A DNA stretch of 64,000 nt from a bacterium (GCA_030646955.1 JAUSKM010000035.1:3944-67943), one strand, 5' to 3'. Shown: positions 36,336 through 46,873, counted from the stretch's first letter. Program-made: numbers and translations. The notes: generated by a model from the letters alone, not told the origin.

Positions 36336-38003
36336 ATGGCGAAACGACGTAACGAGGAAACCAGTGTACCGCAGGCGGCGTCAAGGCGTGCCGTGGATAT
36401 TGATGTGGGTGCGATTGAGCGCAATACGGAGTTTGAGCGGGCGCTTGGGTTGGTGCGGGATGGGGCGAACGTGTTTATCACGGGGCGGGCGGGGACGGGG
36501 AAGTCCACGCTCCTTACGGTGTTGCGGGCGGAGTTTGCGGATTGGGCCATGGCCGTGCTTGCACCGACCGGCGTTGCGGCGCTCAACGTGCGTGGGGAAA
36601 CAATCCATCGGTTCTGTAAGTTCAAGGTCGGCGTGACGCTGCAGCACGCGAAGGCAGCGGGCGTGAAGCGGCGCATGGACGATCTTGTGCAAGCATTGCA
36701 GACCGTCGTCATTGATGAGGTGTCCATGGTGCGCGCGGATCTCCTGGATTGTCTCGACACATTCCTCCGCGTGGCACGTCCGGAGCGCAAGCGCGAGCCA
36801 TTCGGGGGTGTGCAGCTCATAATGATCGGGGACTGCTACCAGCTTCCGCCCGTGGTGAAGCCAGGGGAGGCGGCTTTTTTCGGCGGCGGTCTACGGAAGC
36901 GGCGGACGAATGCCGATTCCGTTCCTTCGTATCACGGGTATGCTTCCCCGTGGTTTTTCTCGGCGCGCGTCATGCAGCAGATGGATGTGGAAATGGTTGA
37001 GCTGCAGAAAGTGTACCGACAATCCGATCCCGCATTCATCGCGCTCTTGAGCGCAGTGCGGAATCGTACGGTAGACGAACTGCAGCTTGCGCATCTCAAC
37101 ACGCGTGTCTGGTCCGGACGCGGGAAACCGGAACACGCACGCGGCGCTATCACGCTCACGCCAACGAACGCGGCTGCGGATGCAATCAATGCTGCGGAGC
37201 TTGCTGCTCTGCCGAAGCAGCCGCAGACGTATCGCGGCTGGATGGAGGGGCGTTTCGAACAGGGGCGACTGCCCACGGATGAGGCGTTGGCGCTTAAGGT
37301 GGGCGCGCGCGTCATGTTCCTTGTGAACGATCGGGGGCGGCGATGGGTGAATGGCAGTACGGGGACCGTGTTAGCGTGCGAGCAGGGGTGCACAACGGTC
37401 CGCGTGGACGGACGGGCAGATCCCGTGGATGTGGAGCCGTTCACCTGGGAGATCCTGGAGTCCTTTTTTGACAAGGGGACGCGGAGTATCGGGTACAATA
37501 CGGTTGCATCGTTCACGCAGATCCCGCTGCGTCTCGCGTGGGCGGTGACCATCCACAAATCGCAGGGGTTGACGTTCGATCGCGTCGTCCTTGATCTTGG
37601 GCGCGGCGCATTTGCGCATGGGCAGACGTACGTCGCGCTCTCGCGCTGCCGGTCGTTCGAGGGCATCACGCTCACGCGGCCGGTCAAGGCAACGGACGTG
37701 CGCATGGACTGGGAGGTGGTGAAGTTTTTGACGTCCTTTCAGTACGGCAAGTCCGAGGAGGCCATGCCGTTTGACGAGAAGATCGCGCGGATCAAGGCCG
37801 CGATTCGTGAGGGAAAGCAGTTGCGCATTACCTATCTCAAGCGGAGCGATGTGCGATCGGAGCGTGTCATCACGCCGCGCGAAGTGGGAGAGATGGAGTA
37901 TAAGGGAAAGGAGTTCCCCGGCCTCGCCGCATACTGTCACGAACGTCAGGATGAACGTATGTTTCGTGTGGATCGGATTTTGACGATGGAGGAGGTGGCA
38001 TAG
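36336..38003 (+). CDS. Pif1-family SF1B 5'-3' DNA helicase with a C-terminal WYL domain
   Basis: Walker A GRAGTGKST, Pif1/RecD-like blocks (VIDEVSMV, GDCYQLPPV, VTIHKSQGLTFD), and a C-terminal WYL-like module (RITYLKRSDVRSERVITPREV...AYCHERQDERMFRVDRI). The alternative start at 36321 is possible. Confidence 0.75.
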   Translation: MAKRRNEETSVPQAASRRAVDIDVGAIERNTEFERALGLVRDGANVFITGRAGTGKSTLLTVLRAEFADWAMAVLAPTGVAALNVRGETIHRFCKFKVGVTLQHAKAAGVKRRMDDLVQALQTVVIDEVSMVRADLLDCLDTFLRVARPERKREPFGGVQLIMIGDCYQLPPVVKPGEAAFFGGGLRKRRTNADSVPSYHGYASPWFFSARVMQQMDVEMVELQKVYRQSDPAFIALLSAVRNRTVDELQLAHLNTRVWSGRGKPEHARGAITLTPTNAAADAINAAELAALPKQPQTYRGWMEGRFEQGRLPTDEALALKVGARVMFLVNDRGRRWVNGSTGTVLACEQGCTTVRVDGRADPVDVEPFTWEILESFFDKGTRSIGYNTVASFTQIPLRLAWAVTIHKSQGLTFDRVVLDLGRGAFAHGQTYVALSRCRSFEGITLTRPVKATDVRMDWEVVKFLTSFQYGKSEEAMPFDEKIARIKAAIREGKQLRITYLKRSDVRSERVITPREVGEMEYKGKEFPGLAAYCHERQDERMFRVDRILTMEEVA

Positions 38004-38008
38004 AGCGT

Positions 38009-40210
38009 ATGCAACAGGTGATCAGCAAGCAGCCACAGGATGTCCTTCGGGATGTCTTTGGGTACGAGCAGTTCCGACCGTACCAGCACGAGGCGGTGGT
38101 GCGCGTGTGCGCGGGGCGGTCGGTGCTTGTGGTGCTGCCAACCGGGGGAGGGAAGTCACTCGTGTATCAGGTGCCGGCGCTCGTGCGCGATGGCGTGGCG
38201 TTGGTGTTCTCGCCGCTCATTTCGCTCATGCGGGATCAGGTAGACGCGCTTCGCGCCGTGGGCGTGCGCGCAGCATTTCTCAATTCGACGCTGACGGGGG
38301 ACCAGCGCGACGCGGTGGTTGCGGCTGCGCTTCGCGGGGAGCTGGATCTCCTCTACATCGCGCCGGAGGGGTTCTTTGGGGACCGATTCCAGGAGCTGCT
38401 GCGCCTGCGTATGCGCGTTGCACTCATTGCCATTGATGAGGCGCACTGTATCTCCGAGTGGGGGCACGAGTTTCGGCCCGAGTACCGGCAGCTGCGCATG
38501 GTGCGGGAGCAGTTTCCGGGTGTGCCGATTGTCGCGTGTACGGCGACTGCGACGGAGCAGGTGCGTGCCGATATCGTGCAGCAGCTCTGTATTTCGGACA
38601 TGGAAACGATTGTCGGCAGCTTCGAGCGCGAGAATCTGACGTTGCACATGGTGCCGAAGCACGATGTCACCGCGCAAGTTGCCGAGGTGATCGCACGGCA
38701 TCGCGGTATGGCCGGTATTGTGTACGCGGCAACGCGGAAGCGCGTGGAAGAGCTCTCCGATGCGCTCAATGCGCGCGGGTGCAGCACGCTCCCATACCAC
38801 GCGGGCATGGATGCGGGAACGCGCGAGCGCAACCAGCAGGCGTTTGCGAACGATGCGGTGGACACGATGGTGGCAACCGTTGCGTTTGGCATGGGCATTG
38901 ATAAATCAAACATTCGATACGTCGTACACGCGAATCTTCCGAAATCCATCGAGGGGTACTATCAGGAGGTTGGCCGCGCCGGACGCGATGGGTTGCCGTC
39001 CGAGTGCGTCGCGTTCACCTCGAACGGGGACATCGCGACGCAGCAGTACCTCATTGATCAGGCGGAGAGTGAGGAAGAGCGAGCGCGGGCGAAGCGGCAA
39101 CTGGATCACGTGGTGCGGTTTGCGCGGACGATGGAGTGCCGACACGCGGCGATTCTGCGGTACTTTGGCGAGGAGCGCAGCGGGTGGACGTGCGGCGAGC
39201 GTTGCGATGTGTGCCTCGCGGGGGACATTCAGGAGCGTGATGCGACCACTGATGTGCAGCAGGTGCTCTCGGCGGTGGCGCGGATTGAGCGCGGGGGATT
39301 TCCGGTTGGCGCGCTGCGGATCGCGCAGGTGCTAGGCGGATCGTCGGTGAAGGAGGTGGCGCGATTTGAGCAGCTCCCCACCTTTGGCGGCATGCGTGAC
39401 CGTACGCAAGCAGCCATTCGGGATATCATCGGCTTCTGTATTGATCGGGGGTTGCTCACGCAGGAAGCCGGTAAGTATCCGGTGCTGCGGCTTGGTGCGG
39501 GGGCGGCCGCCGTGCTCCGCGGCGAAGAGCGCGTGCTCGTGAAGGAGCGTCGTGCACAGGCCGTCGAGCAAGTGACCGCATACGAACAGACGCTCTTTGA
39601 TGAGCTACGACAGTGGCGGGCGGGCGTGGCGCAGCGCGATGGGGTGCCGCCATACGTCATTTGTTCAGACAAGGTACTTACGGATCTCGCGACGTACCTC
39701 CCCGCAACCGCGGAAGATCTCCTTCGTATTTCCGGTATCGGGGCGCATCGCGCGGAGCGTTTTGGCGCTGCGCTCCTGGGTGCCATCCGACGGCACATGG
39801 AGGCGCACGGTGTCCCCTCGCGGATGGGCATGCTGCTTGCGACCGCAAAGGAACCACGACGCAGCAAGAAGGTATCGGCGGGATCAGATACCGTTACAGC
39901 AACGTTCGCGCTCTACGAACAGGGATGGTCCGTGGAGCGTATCGCACAGCACCGGGAGCTATCGGAGCAGACGATCGTCTCGCACCTCGCGCAGTGCGTA
40001 CAGGATGGCCGCCTCCCGCTTGCCGCTGTCCGCGCGTTTGTTTCCGAGGAGCGTGAACATGCGATCCGCCAAGCGTTTGTCCGCGCGGGATCGCTGGACG
40101 CACTCGGACCGATCAAGCGTGCGTTACCGCCGGACTACACCTACGTCGAGATCCACTTCGTCCGCGCGGTACTGTTCCGAGATGGCCAGGACGCTGTCGT
40201 AGTGCAATAA
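38009..40210 (+). CDS. recQ: ATP-dependent DNA helicase RecQ (with RQC/HRDC region)
   Basis: DEAH-box helicase blocks (PTGGGKSLVYQVPAL, IDEAHCISEWGHEFRP), a zinc-binding Cys cluster, and a C-terminal HRDC-like region. Confidence 0.9.
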   Translation: MQQVISKQPQDVLRDVFGYEQFRPYQHEAVVRVCAGRSVLVVLPTGGGKSLVYQVPALVRDGVALVFSPLISLMRDQVDALRAVGVRAAFLNSTLTGDQRDAVVAAALRGELDLLYIAPEGFFGDRFQELLRLRMRVALIAIDEAHCISEWGHEFRPEYRQLRMVREQFPGVPIVACTATATEQVRADIVQQLCISDMETIVGSFERENLTLHMVPKHDVTAQVAEVIARHRGMAGIVYAATRKRVEELSDALNARGCSTLPYHAGMDAGTRERNQQAFANDAVDTMVATVAFGMGIDKSNIRYVVHANLPKSIEGYYQEVGRAGRDGLPSECVAFTSNGDIATQQYLIDQAESEEERARAKRQLDHVVRFARTMECRHAAILRYFGEERSGWTCGERCDVCLAGDIQERDATTDVQQVLSAVARIERGGFPVGALRIAQVLGGSSVKEVARFEQLPTFGGMRDRTQAAIRDIIGFCIDRGLLTQEAGKYPVLRLGAGAAAVLRGEERVLVKERRAQAVEQVTAYEQTLFDELRQWRAGVAQRDGVPPYVICSDKVLTDLATYLPATAEDLLRISGIGAHRAERFGAALLGAIRRHMEAHGVPSRMGMLLATAKEPRRSKKVSAGSDTVTATFALYEQGWSVERIAQHRELSEQTIVSHLAQCVQDGRLPLAAVRAFVSEEREHAIRQAFVRAGSLDALGPIKRALPPDYTYVEIHFVRAVLFRDGQDAVVVQ

Positions 40211-40336
40211 AGACAGCCGCCCCGCAGCAGAGCGGGACGGTGAAGTTGTTCGCCGGTGCGCGGAGTGTAATACTAGAGAGGGGATGCGCATTATTCCCCA
40301 TGAGGGGCGCGTTGCGCCCGTACGAGAACACACCGT

Positions 40337-41092
40337 ATGCCATACACAATGGAGCAGCAGCGCCACACAGCACTCGTCGTACTTGGTGGCATCCTCGCCA
40401 TCACGCTCGCGGTGCTTGCGGTCGCAACCACGGCAGTGAAAGTGCGCGAATATCGTGCGGTTGGTTCTGCGCCGGTTGAACGTACGTTGACGGTGTCGGG
40501 AATGGGGAAGGTGCGTGCGGCACCAAATCTCGCGAGCGTCAGCGCCGGCATCACTGTGGAGGCGTTGAACGCAGCGGACGCGCAAGAGCAATCGAATAAG
40601 AAGATGGAGAGCGTCCTGCAGGAAATTCGCGCAGCGGGTATTCCCGAGGAAGACATGCAGACCTCCAATTATTCCGTGTACCCCCAGTACGATTACACGG
40701 ACGGCGTGTCGCGGATTCGCGGGTATGCGGCATCGCAGACCGTACAGGTACAGATTCGTGATCTCGATCGTGTCAATGCGGTGTTCGCGGCGCTCATGAA
40801 GGGCGGTGCCACGAACGTCGACGGACTTCAGTTCTCGATTGATGATTCCGAGGGGCTCAAGGCGCAGGCGCGTGAGCAGGCGATCGCGAACGCGCGTGAG
40901 CAGGCGCAGATGATCGCGGAACAGTTGGGTGTGCGGCTGGGAAAGGCGACACAGTTCAGCGAATCTGGTGGCGCGTATCCTCCCATCATGTACGATCGCG
41001 CGATGGGGATGGGTGGCGGTGGCGCACCGGAAATCCAGCGCGGCGAGAATGAGATTGCAGTGTCGGTGACGGTGACGTACGCGATGGAGTAG
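40337..41092 (+). CDS. SIMPL/DUF541 domain protein (YggE-like periplasmic protein)
   Basis: N-terminal TM anchor, then blocks typical of DUF541 (GYAASQTVQVQIRDLDRVNAVFAALMKGGATNVDGLQFSID). Confidence 0.65.
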   Translation: MPYTMEQQRHTALVVLGGILAITLAVLAVATTAVKVREYRAVGSAPVERTLTVSGMGKVRAAPNLASVSAGITVEALNAADAQEQSNKKMESVLQEIRAAGIPEEDMQTSNYSVYPQYDYTDGVSRIRGYAASQTVQVQIRDLDRVNAVFAALMKGGATNVDGLQFSIDDSEGLKAQAREQAIANAREQAQMIAEQLGVRLGKATQFSESGGAYPPIMYDRAMGMGGGGAPEIQRGENEIAVSVTVTYAME

Positions 41093-41130
41093 TGCACGTT
41101 GCCGTCGGTCATGGAGCGGTGGCGTCCCCT

Positions 41131-41676
41131 ATGTCTGCAGTGTCATCGGAGCAGCACAGCGTGATCTTTGGTGGTGGGTGTTTCTGGTGCACGGAGGCAG
41201 TGTTCCGGCGAATTCGCGGCGTCGTGGCAGTCGTGCCGGGGTATGCTGGCGGGACGACGCCGCATCCCACGTACGAGGACGTGGTGAGCGGGCGCACGGG
41301 GCATGCCGAGGTTGTGCACGTCACCTACGATCCCGTGTGCATCACGATTGATGATCTCTTGGCGGTATTTTTTGCGACGCACGACCCGACGACACGTCAC
41401 CGCCAGGGCAACGATGTCGGGCCGCAGTATCGATCGATGGTTCTCGCAACGCTCCCTGCGCAAGCGTCGGCAGCGCGCGCGTTCATCGAGGCGCTGAACC
41501 GCGAGGGCGGAGCGCCAATCGTCACCGAGGTTGCAATGCTCGAGGCATTTACGCCTGCAGAACCTGAGCACCAGCGGTACTACGAGCGCAATGCCGAGCG
41601 CCCATACTGTCAGCTCGTGATCGATCCCAAGCTGCGGAAATTGCAGGAGCGGTTTCAGAAACTTGTGCAGGAGTGA
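41131..41676 (+). CDS. msrA: Peptide methionine sulfoxide reductase A
   Basis: Active-site GGGCFWCTEAVF. The track ORF begins at an upstream GTG (41092); the ATG at 41131 is preferred. Confidence 0.9.
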   Translation: MSAVSSEQHSVIFGGGCFWCTEAVFRRIRGVVAVVPGYAGGTTPHPTYEDVVSGRTGHAEVVHVTYDPVCITIDDLLAVFFATHDPTTRHRQGNDVGPQYRSMVLATLPAQASAARAFIEALNREGGAPIVTEVAMLEAFTPAEPEHQRYYERNAERPYCQLVIDPKLRKLQERFQKLVQE

Positions 41677-42137
41677 TGTGCGCTATGGATACCGCAGCAC
41701 CACAGCAGCCGGATGTACGTGGCGCTGACGAACGAGAACTCACGCCGGAACAGCGTCGCATCATGTGGGAAGGCGGGACCGAGCCGCCGTTCTCCGGTGC
41801 ATACTGGGATACGCATGCGCCGGGCATGTATCGGTGCGCGTCCTGCGGCGCGGAGATCTTCTCATCTACGGCGAAGTTTGATTCTGGAACGGGGTGGCCG
41901 AGTTTCACAGAACCAGCGAATCGTGCGCGCGTGACGCTCGTTTCAGATGCAGGCCACGGCATGCAACGCACCGAAGTTCGGTGCGCGGCGTGCGGCGCGC
42001 ATCTGGGTCACGTCTTTGATGACGGGCCAGAAGAGCGCGGCGGGAAGCGATACTGCATCAATTCGACGTGTCTCCTGCATGACCGTCAACCGCCGGCAGC
42101 TGGCGATGATCAGGACACGGCAGCGCGCGCAGATTGA
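41673..42137 (+). CDS. msrB: Peptide methionine sulfoxide reductase B
   Basis: Two CxxC zinc motifs (RCASCGAE, RCAACGAHLGHVFDDGP). Start overlaps the msrA stop. Confidence 0.9.
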   Translation: MMCAMDTAAPQQPDVRGADERELTPEQRRIMWEGGTEPPFSGAYWDTHAPGMYRCASCGAEIFSSTAKFDSGTGWPSFTEPANRARVTLVSDAGHGMQRTEVRCAACGAHLGHVFDDGPEERGGKRYCINSTCLLHDRQPPAAGDDQDTAARAD

Positions 42138-42162
42138 CATCGTATTTCCTTGCTTGAGGCGT

Positions 42163-43851
42163 ATGACACAGGACATTTTTCTTGATCTGAGTATCGTCCT
42201 TGGCATCACAGCTGCCATCGCATTCGGTATGCGTATGCTGCGGCAGCCGATGCTCATTGCGTACCTCGTTGCCGGCATTGCGGTAGGGCCGTTCTTTTTG
42301 AACCTCATTGATGGCGATGCCAAGCTCCTCCATGCGTTCGCGGAGATCGGCGTCGTGCTCCTCCTCTTTGTGGTGGGGTTGAGTTTGAATTTTCGGCACC
42401 TACGCGAGGCCGGACGATCCGCACTCCTTGCTGGTATCGGGCAATTTGTTTTCACCGCGGTGATCGGTTCGTTGCTGCTCTTGGCGCTTGCACTCCCGCC
42501 GCTCCTGGCGCTCTACCTTGCTGTCGCGGTGACATTCTCAAGCACCATCATCATCGTGAAGCTCCTCAGTGAGAAGGGCGATCTCGATCGGCTCTACGGG
42601 AGGCAGGTCATCGGCCTCATGGTGGTGCAGGACCTTATCGCGATCATGCTTCTCGTCCTGCTCTCCGTACTTGGCGGTACGCATGAGCTTTCCACGGCAC
42701 TCCTGTCACTCGTGTTGCGCGGCTGCGCAGTGCTCCTGGGCATGGTGCTCGCAGCACGATTTGTGCTCCCGCGCATCCTCGCGCGTGCGGCGCGGTCGCC
42801 TGAGCATCTCTTCTTGACGACCGTTACCTGGTGTTTTGTTGTTGCGAGCGCGGTGCGTTGGGCTGGATTTTCTCTGGAAGTTGGCGCACTCGCGGCCGGC
42901 GTCTCGCTTGCGATGTCGCCCTACCAGCCGGAGATTGCGAGCCGCATTCGGCCGCTGCGCGATTTCTTCCTCGTGCTCTTCTTCGTTATCCTGGGCAGTA
43001 CGATGCACTTCGGCGGCATGCGTGCGGCCATCGTTCCTGCAGCAGTCCTCTCAGCATTTATTCTCATCGGCAATCCGCTCATCTTGTATCTGATTTATCG
43101 CCGGCTGCATTTCACGCGACGGAATAGTTTCTTCGCGGGTATTACGGCGGCGCAGGTAAGCGAATTTGGATTCGTCCTACTCCTTGCGGGCGCATCGTTG
43201 GGGCATATCGGACAAGAGGCGCAGGTCATTTTCACGCTCACCGCGATCACGACGATTATTCTTTCGACCTATCTCGTGCAGGGGAACGAGCGGATATTCA
43301 GCGTGGTGCGGCCGTACCTCCGGCGCTTCGGTCGCGACAAGCATCAACAGGAAACAGGAGGCGTGCAGTATGATGTGTGGGTGTTTGGATATCATCGGAT
43401 TGGCTGGAAGGTGGTGGATGCACTCCATACGCATGGGCGTTCGCTTGCAGTCGTGGATGACAATCCCGCTTCCATCGAGAAGCTCCGGGAGCGCGGATTG
43501 CGCGGGTACTTTGGTGATGCGAGCGATATCGAGTTCCTTGAGGCACTTCCGCTTGACCAAGCGAAGCTTGTGCTTTGCACCATCCCTGATCCCGAGACAC
43601 AGAAGCTCTTGCTCGAACATGTGCGTCGGCGATGTGGTGCGCGAGTACGCATCATTGCGACCAGCGAACATGCGTCGCACCTCGGTGCGCTCTACGCGGC
43701 AGGCGCGGATTATGTAACGGTGCCACATCTTCTCGGTGGGACGTGGCTCGCAGGGGTGCTGACGACACAGCCATGGACGAGAGCGGTGTTTCACGGGCTC
43801 CGTCGCACGCAGCACCATGACCTCCACCTCCGTTCCCGTACTGCCCCATGA
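42163..43851 (+). CDS. Kef-type monovalent cation:proton antiporter (CPA2) with a C-terminal RCK/TrkA-N domain
   Basis: A polytopic Na_H_Exchanger-like membrane domain and a C-terminal Rossmann domain VWVFGYHRIGWKVVDAL. Confidence 0.8.
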   Translation: MTQDIFLDLSIVLGITAAIAFGMRMLRQPMLIAYLVAGIAVGPFFLNLIDGDAKLLHAFAEIGVVLLLFVVGLSLNFRHLREAGRSALLAGIGQFVFTAVIGSLLLLALALPPLLALYLAVAVTFSSTIIIVKLLSEKGDLDRLYGRQVIGLMVVQDLIAIMLLVLLSVLGGTHELSTALLSLVLRGCAVLLGMVLAARFVLPRILARAARSPEHLFLTTVTWCFVVASAVRWAGFSLEVGALAAGVSLAMSPYQPEIASRIRPLRDFFLVLFFVILGSTMHFGGMRAAIVPAAVLSAFILIGNPLILYLIYRRLHFTRRNSFFAGITAAQVSEFGFVLLLAGASLGHIGQEAQVIFTLTAITTIILSTYLVQGNERIFSVVRPYLRRFGRDKHQQETGGVQYDVWVFGYHRIGWKVVDALHTHGRSLAVVDDNPASIEKLRERGLRGYFGDASDIEFLEALPLDQAKLVLCTIPDPETQKLLLEHVRRRCGARVRIIATSEHASHLGALYAAGADYVTVPHLLGGTWLAGVLTTQPWTRAVFHGLRRTQHHDLHLRSRTAP

Positions 43852-43896
43852 CGGTGTATACGCTATACTGCAAGTGATGTTCTTATCGATGTTTCT

Positions 43897-44889
43897 ATGC
43901 TCAAGCGAGACGAATGGGGATTCCTGTCGCTCGGTGTGGCTATTGGCGCGCTCGGGCTTACATTCGGGCTGCTCTACACGCCTATCGGCGCGACGGTGCG
44001 CACGACGGGGCTGTCCGACGCGAGCGACGATGCGCGCGTGAAGCCAAACGTCGTGCTGCGCGAAGTGACCGAGGTACCGCGCGGAACCAGGCAGGCGAGC
44101 GACGATGCGGGAGATGGTGCGGCGATTGTTCGCGAAGCGCCATCGGGCGAAAGCCGGCGCGTGGTGGGGGCAATTCCGGCGCGTCTTGCGGCGATCGCGT
44201 GGCCGGCGTCGCTCGACGCGCGTGGCATCGCCGCGACGGCACCTGCTCGCGTCACGGCAATGGAGCTCTATGGACGCATTGTGCCGCGCGACATGCAGGC
44301 GGCGGCAGGTGCATCCGCTGCAAACGCTGCGGTTGCGTTCATCGCGGCGGGGCCTGTTGGCGTTTCCGCGAATGATCCGTGTGTGACCGTGGGAGCGGGA
44401 GAGCGTGCTGCGCTCCTCGACGCGTACGTGCGCACACAGGACAACTTGCCTGCAACCGTGGCAGATTATCAGTTCGTCTGCTCGCTCGTCACCGATCCGG
44501 CTGCGGCCATCGATGTGACGAAGGTGTTTCCGGATCACCGACGCATCGACCTGGAGCCGTATGCAATTCGCACGTTTGCGCGTTTCTTCGGACGACTCCC
44601 TGCGCAGAACGCGCGTGGCGAGAAACTTCCGCAGGAACAGGTGGAGCGCGACTGGTGGGCGGTGAAGTACCTCACGTACTTCCCGGTACTCTCGTCCGCA
44701 CGCCGCGATTTGGCCAAGGAGCGAGCGTGTGTCGCTGCGTTCACCAAGGCATCCCTTGATCTCTACCGCGGGAGTACGCTCGTGCGCAAGAACGTGGGCG
44801 AGGCGCCAGACGATTTGTGGGATTGGGCGTTCGTGCGCGCGTGCGCGTATTCTGGCGCGCCCTTCCTCGATCAATTCGCGCGACGCTAG
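43897..44889 (+). CDS. Hypothetical membrane-anchored protein (330 aa)
   Basis: One N-terminal TM helix. No recognised domain. Confidence 0.45.
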   Translation: MLKRDEWGFLSLGVAIGALGLTFGLLYTPIGATVRTTGLSDASDDARVKPNVVLREVTEVPRGTRQASDDAGDGAAIVREAPSGESRRVVGAIPARLAAIAWPASLDARGIAATAPARVTAMELYGRIVPRDMQAAAGASAANAAVAFIAAGPVGVSANDPCVTVGAGERAALLDAYVRTQDNLPATVADYQFVCSLVTDPAAAIDVTKVFPDHRRIDLEPYAIRTFARFFGRLPAQNARGEKLPQEQVERDWWAVKYLTYFPVLSSARRDLAKERACVAAFTKASLDLYRGSTLVRKNVGEAPDDLWDWAFVRACAYSGAPFLDQFARR

Positions 44890-44913
44890 CGGATCCAGTA
44901 CCACCAAACGCGT

Positions 44914-45417
44914 ATGCGAAAATCGCTCGCGGAGCTGTTCGTTCGAAACATTAGTTTCGGTGTCGAGGACAGCATCGTGTCCACCATGGGACTCCTGGCC
45001 GGCATTGCAGCATCTGGCGCATCACGCACCACGATCGTGTTGACGGGCGTGGTGCTCATCTTCGTGGAGGGGTTTTCCATGGGGATCGGGAGCTTGTTGA
45101 CGGAGCATTCAGTTGCGGAGTTCCGCGGCACCGAAGACCATGTCTCGCGGCGCGATGTCCTGGGCGGCGGCATCATGCTGGGCGCGTACATTACCGCGGG
45201 GCTGCTCCCATTGCTTCCCTATGTATTTTTCCCCGTTCGCGCGGCATTCTGGGTCTCGGTTGTACTCTCGCTGCTCGGCCTCTTTCTCCTGGGCGTACTC
45301 GGCGTGACGAAATCCAATACGCATCGTTTGCGGCACGGCCTCGAGATGCTTATCGTCGGCGGCATCGCGCTGGCCGTCGGCCTCGTCATTGGCCGGGTGA
45401 TGCACGGGCTCGTGTAG
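44914..45417 (+). CDS. VIT1/CCC1-family (DUF125) membrane protein
   Basis: Blocks FGVEDSIVSTMGLLAGIAASG and GFSMGIGSLLTEHS resemble the VIT family. About 4 TM helices. Confidence 0.55.
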   Translation: MRKSLAELFVRNISFGVEDSIVSTMGLLAGIAASGASRTTIVLTGVVLIFVEGFSMGIGSLLTEHSVAEFRGTEDHVSRRDVLGGGIMLGAYITAGLLPLLPYVFFPVRAAFWVSVVLSLLGLFLLGVLGVTKSNTHRLRHGLEMLIVGGIALAVGLVIGRVMHGLV

Positions 45418-45421
45418 TGAT

Positions 45422-45793
45422 ATGGAGCACGTGATTCCCTTCGAGCAGCTCGTGGCCGAGGCGCTCGAGCGGGTTCCGGAACATTTTCGAGAGCGGCTCC
45501 GCAATGTCGCGATTGTTATCGAGGATGCACCCACGCCAGCGCAGCTTCGCTCGTGCGGCATGGATGATGATGAGACCATGTACGGATACTACGAGGGCGT
45601 TGCCCAATTGGATCGCGCGATTGATGAGCCGATGCTGCCGGATCGTATCGTGTTGTTCCAGGCAGTGCTGGAGCGGGACTTTGGCAGCGATCCCGCAACG
45701 CTCGGACGGGAGATTGCGCGTACGGTCTATCACGAGATCGCACACCACTTCGGGATTGATGACGATCGGCTGGATGCGCTTGGTAGGTACTAG
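45422..45793 (+). CDS. Small zinc metallopeptidase-like protein (COG3824/DUF1025 family)
   Basis: About 120 aa with HEIAHHFG (HExxH) near the C-terminus and the conserved NVAIVIEDAP block. Confidence 0.6.
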   Translation: MEHVIPFEQLVAEALERVPEHFRERLRNVAIVIEDAPTPAQLRSCGMDDDETMYGYYEGVAQLDRAIDEPMLPDRIVLFQAVLERDFGSDPATLGREIARTVYHEIAHHFGIDDDRLDALGRY

Positions 45794-45805
45794 GTCGTCC
45801 CCTCT

Positions 45806-46873
45806 ATGACACTTCCAGCGATTGCGCTCTCGCTCTCGCTCCTCACCAGCGGAGCGGCAGCTGGCCACGCGTCTCTCATGCGCGTTGCCGATGCGGAGCC
45901 GGTTCGAGCGGTCTATCTTACCACCGGGTTGACGGCGAGTAGTCGTTTTTCGACGTACCTTGACCTCCTCAAGACATCCGAGGTGAATGCGCTGGTCATT
46001 GACCTGAAGGACCCCGACGGTCGCCTCGGGTTTCGGCCGGTCACGGCGCCCATTCGTGCGCTTGCACCGGAGCGATATACGATCAAAGACCTTCCGCGAA
46101 AAATAGATGCGATCCATGCGGCAGGCGGAAGTGCGATTGCGCGCATTGCGGTATTTCAGGATCATTGGTTTTCGGAGCGTTTTCCGTCCGAGGCATTGCG
46201 GAATGCATCGGGCGTCCCCTGGCGCGATAGTATTGGGTACGTTTGGCTTGATGCTGCATCACCGCGCGTGGTGCAGTACGCAGTCGATTTGGCGCATGAG
46301 GCAGCGACGCTTGGATTTGATGAAGTGAATTTTGACTACATTCGATTTCCCTCGGATGGAGCGCTGAAGAAAATCGTCTATCCGCATTGGGACGGAACAA
46401 CGCCCAAGACGGAAGTCGTGCGTCAATTTGCGGAGACGATCGCGCGCGAGGTGGGTGAACGTGGCATCCGAACATCCGCGGATGTTTTTGGCATGTCGTT
46501 CTATGCGCTGGACGGGATGGGCATTGGGCAGCACCTGGAAACACTTGCTCCGTATTTTGACGCGCTTGCGCCGATGGTGTACCCCTCGCATTACGGTTCG
46601 GGGTTTGCGGGGTTCACTAATCCCGCCGAGGCGCCGTACGATGTCATTGATCGAACACTTGAGCACGGCATGAAACGCCTCGCAGAACTTCCGGAAGAGG
46701 ATCGGCCCGCTGTGCGGCCGTGGCTGCAAGATTTTAATCTGGGGGCCGTGTACACTGATGCGATGGTGCGCGCACAGATGCAGGCCGTTGCTGATAACGG
46801 TGGCGCAGGATGGATGCTCTGGAATCCTGTGGGAAGATACCATAAGCAGGCATTGCGAGAAGAATCGCCGTGA
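45806..46873 (+). CDS. Putative secreted glycoside hydrolase, DUF4015/GHL10-like TIM barrel
   Basis: Signal peptide, then GFDEVNFDYIRFP and further blocks typical of DUF4015. Confidence 0.55.
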   Translation: MTLPAIALSLSLLTSGAAAGHASLMRVADAEPVRAVYLTTGLTASSRFSTYLDLLKTSEVNALVIDLKDPDGRLGFRPVTAPIRALAPERYTIKDLPRKIDAIHAAGGSAIARIAVFQDHWFSERFPSEALRNASGVPWRDSIGYVWLDAASPRVVQYAVDLAHEAATLGFDEVNFDYIRFPSDGALKKIVYPHWDGTTPKTEVVRQFAETIAREVGERGIRTSADVFGMSFYALDGMGIGQHLETLAPYFDALAPMVYPSHYGSGFAGFTNPAEAPYDVIDRTLEHGMKRLAELPEEDRPAVRPWLQDFNLGAVYTDAMVRAQMQAVADNGGAGWMLWNPVGRYHKQALREESP

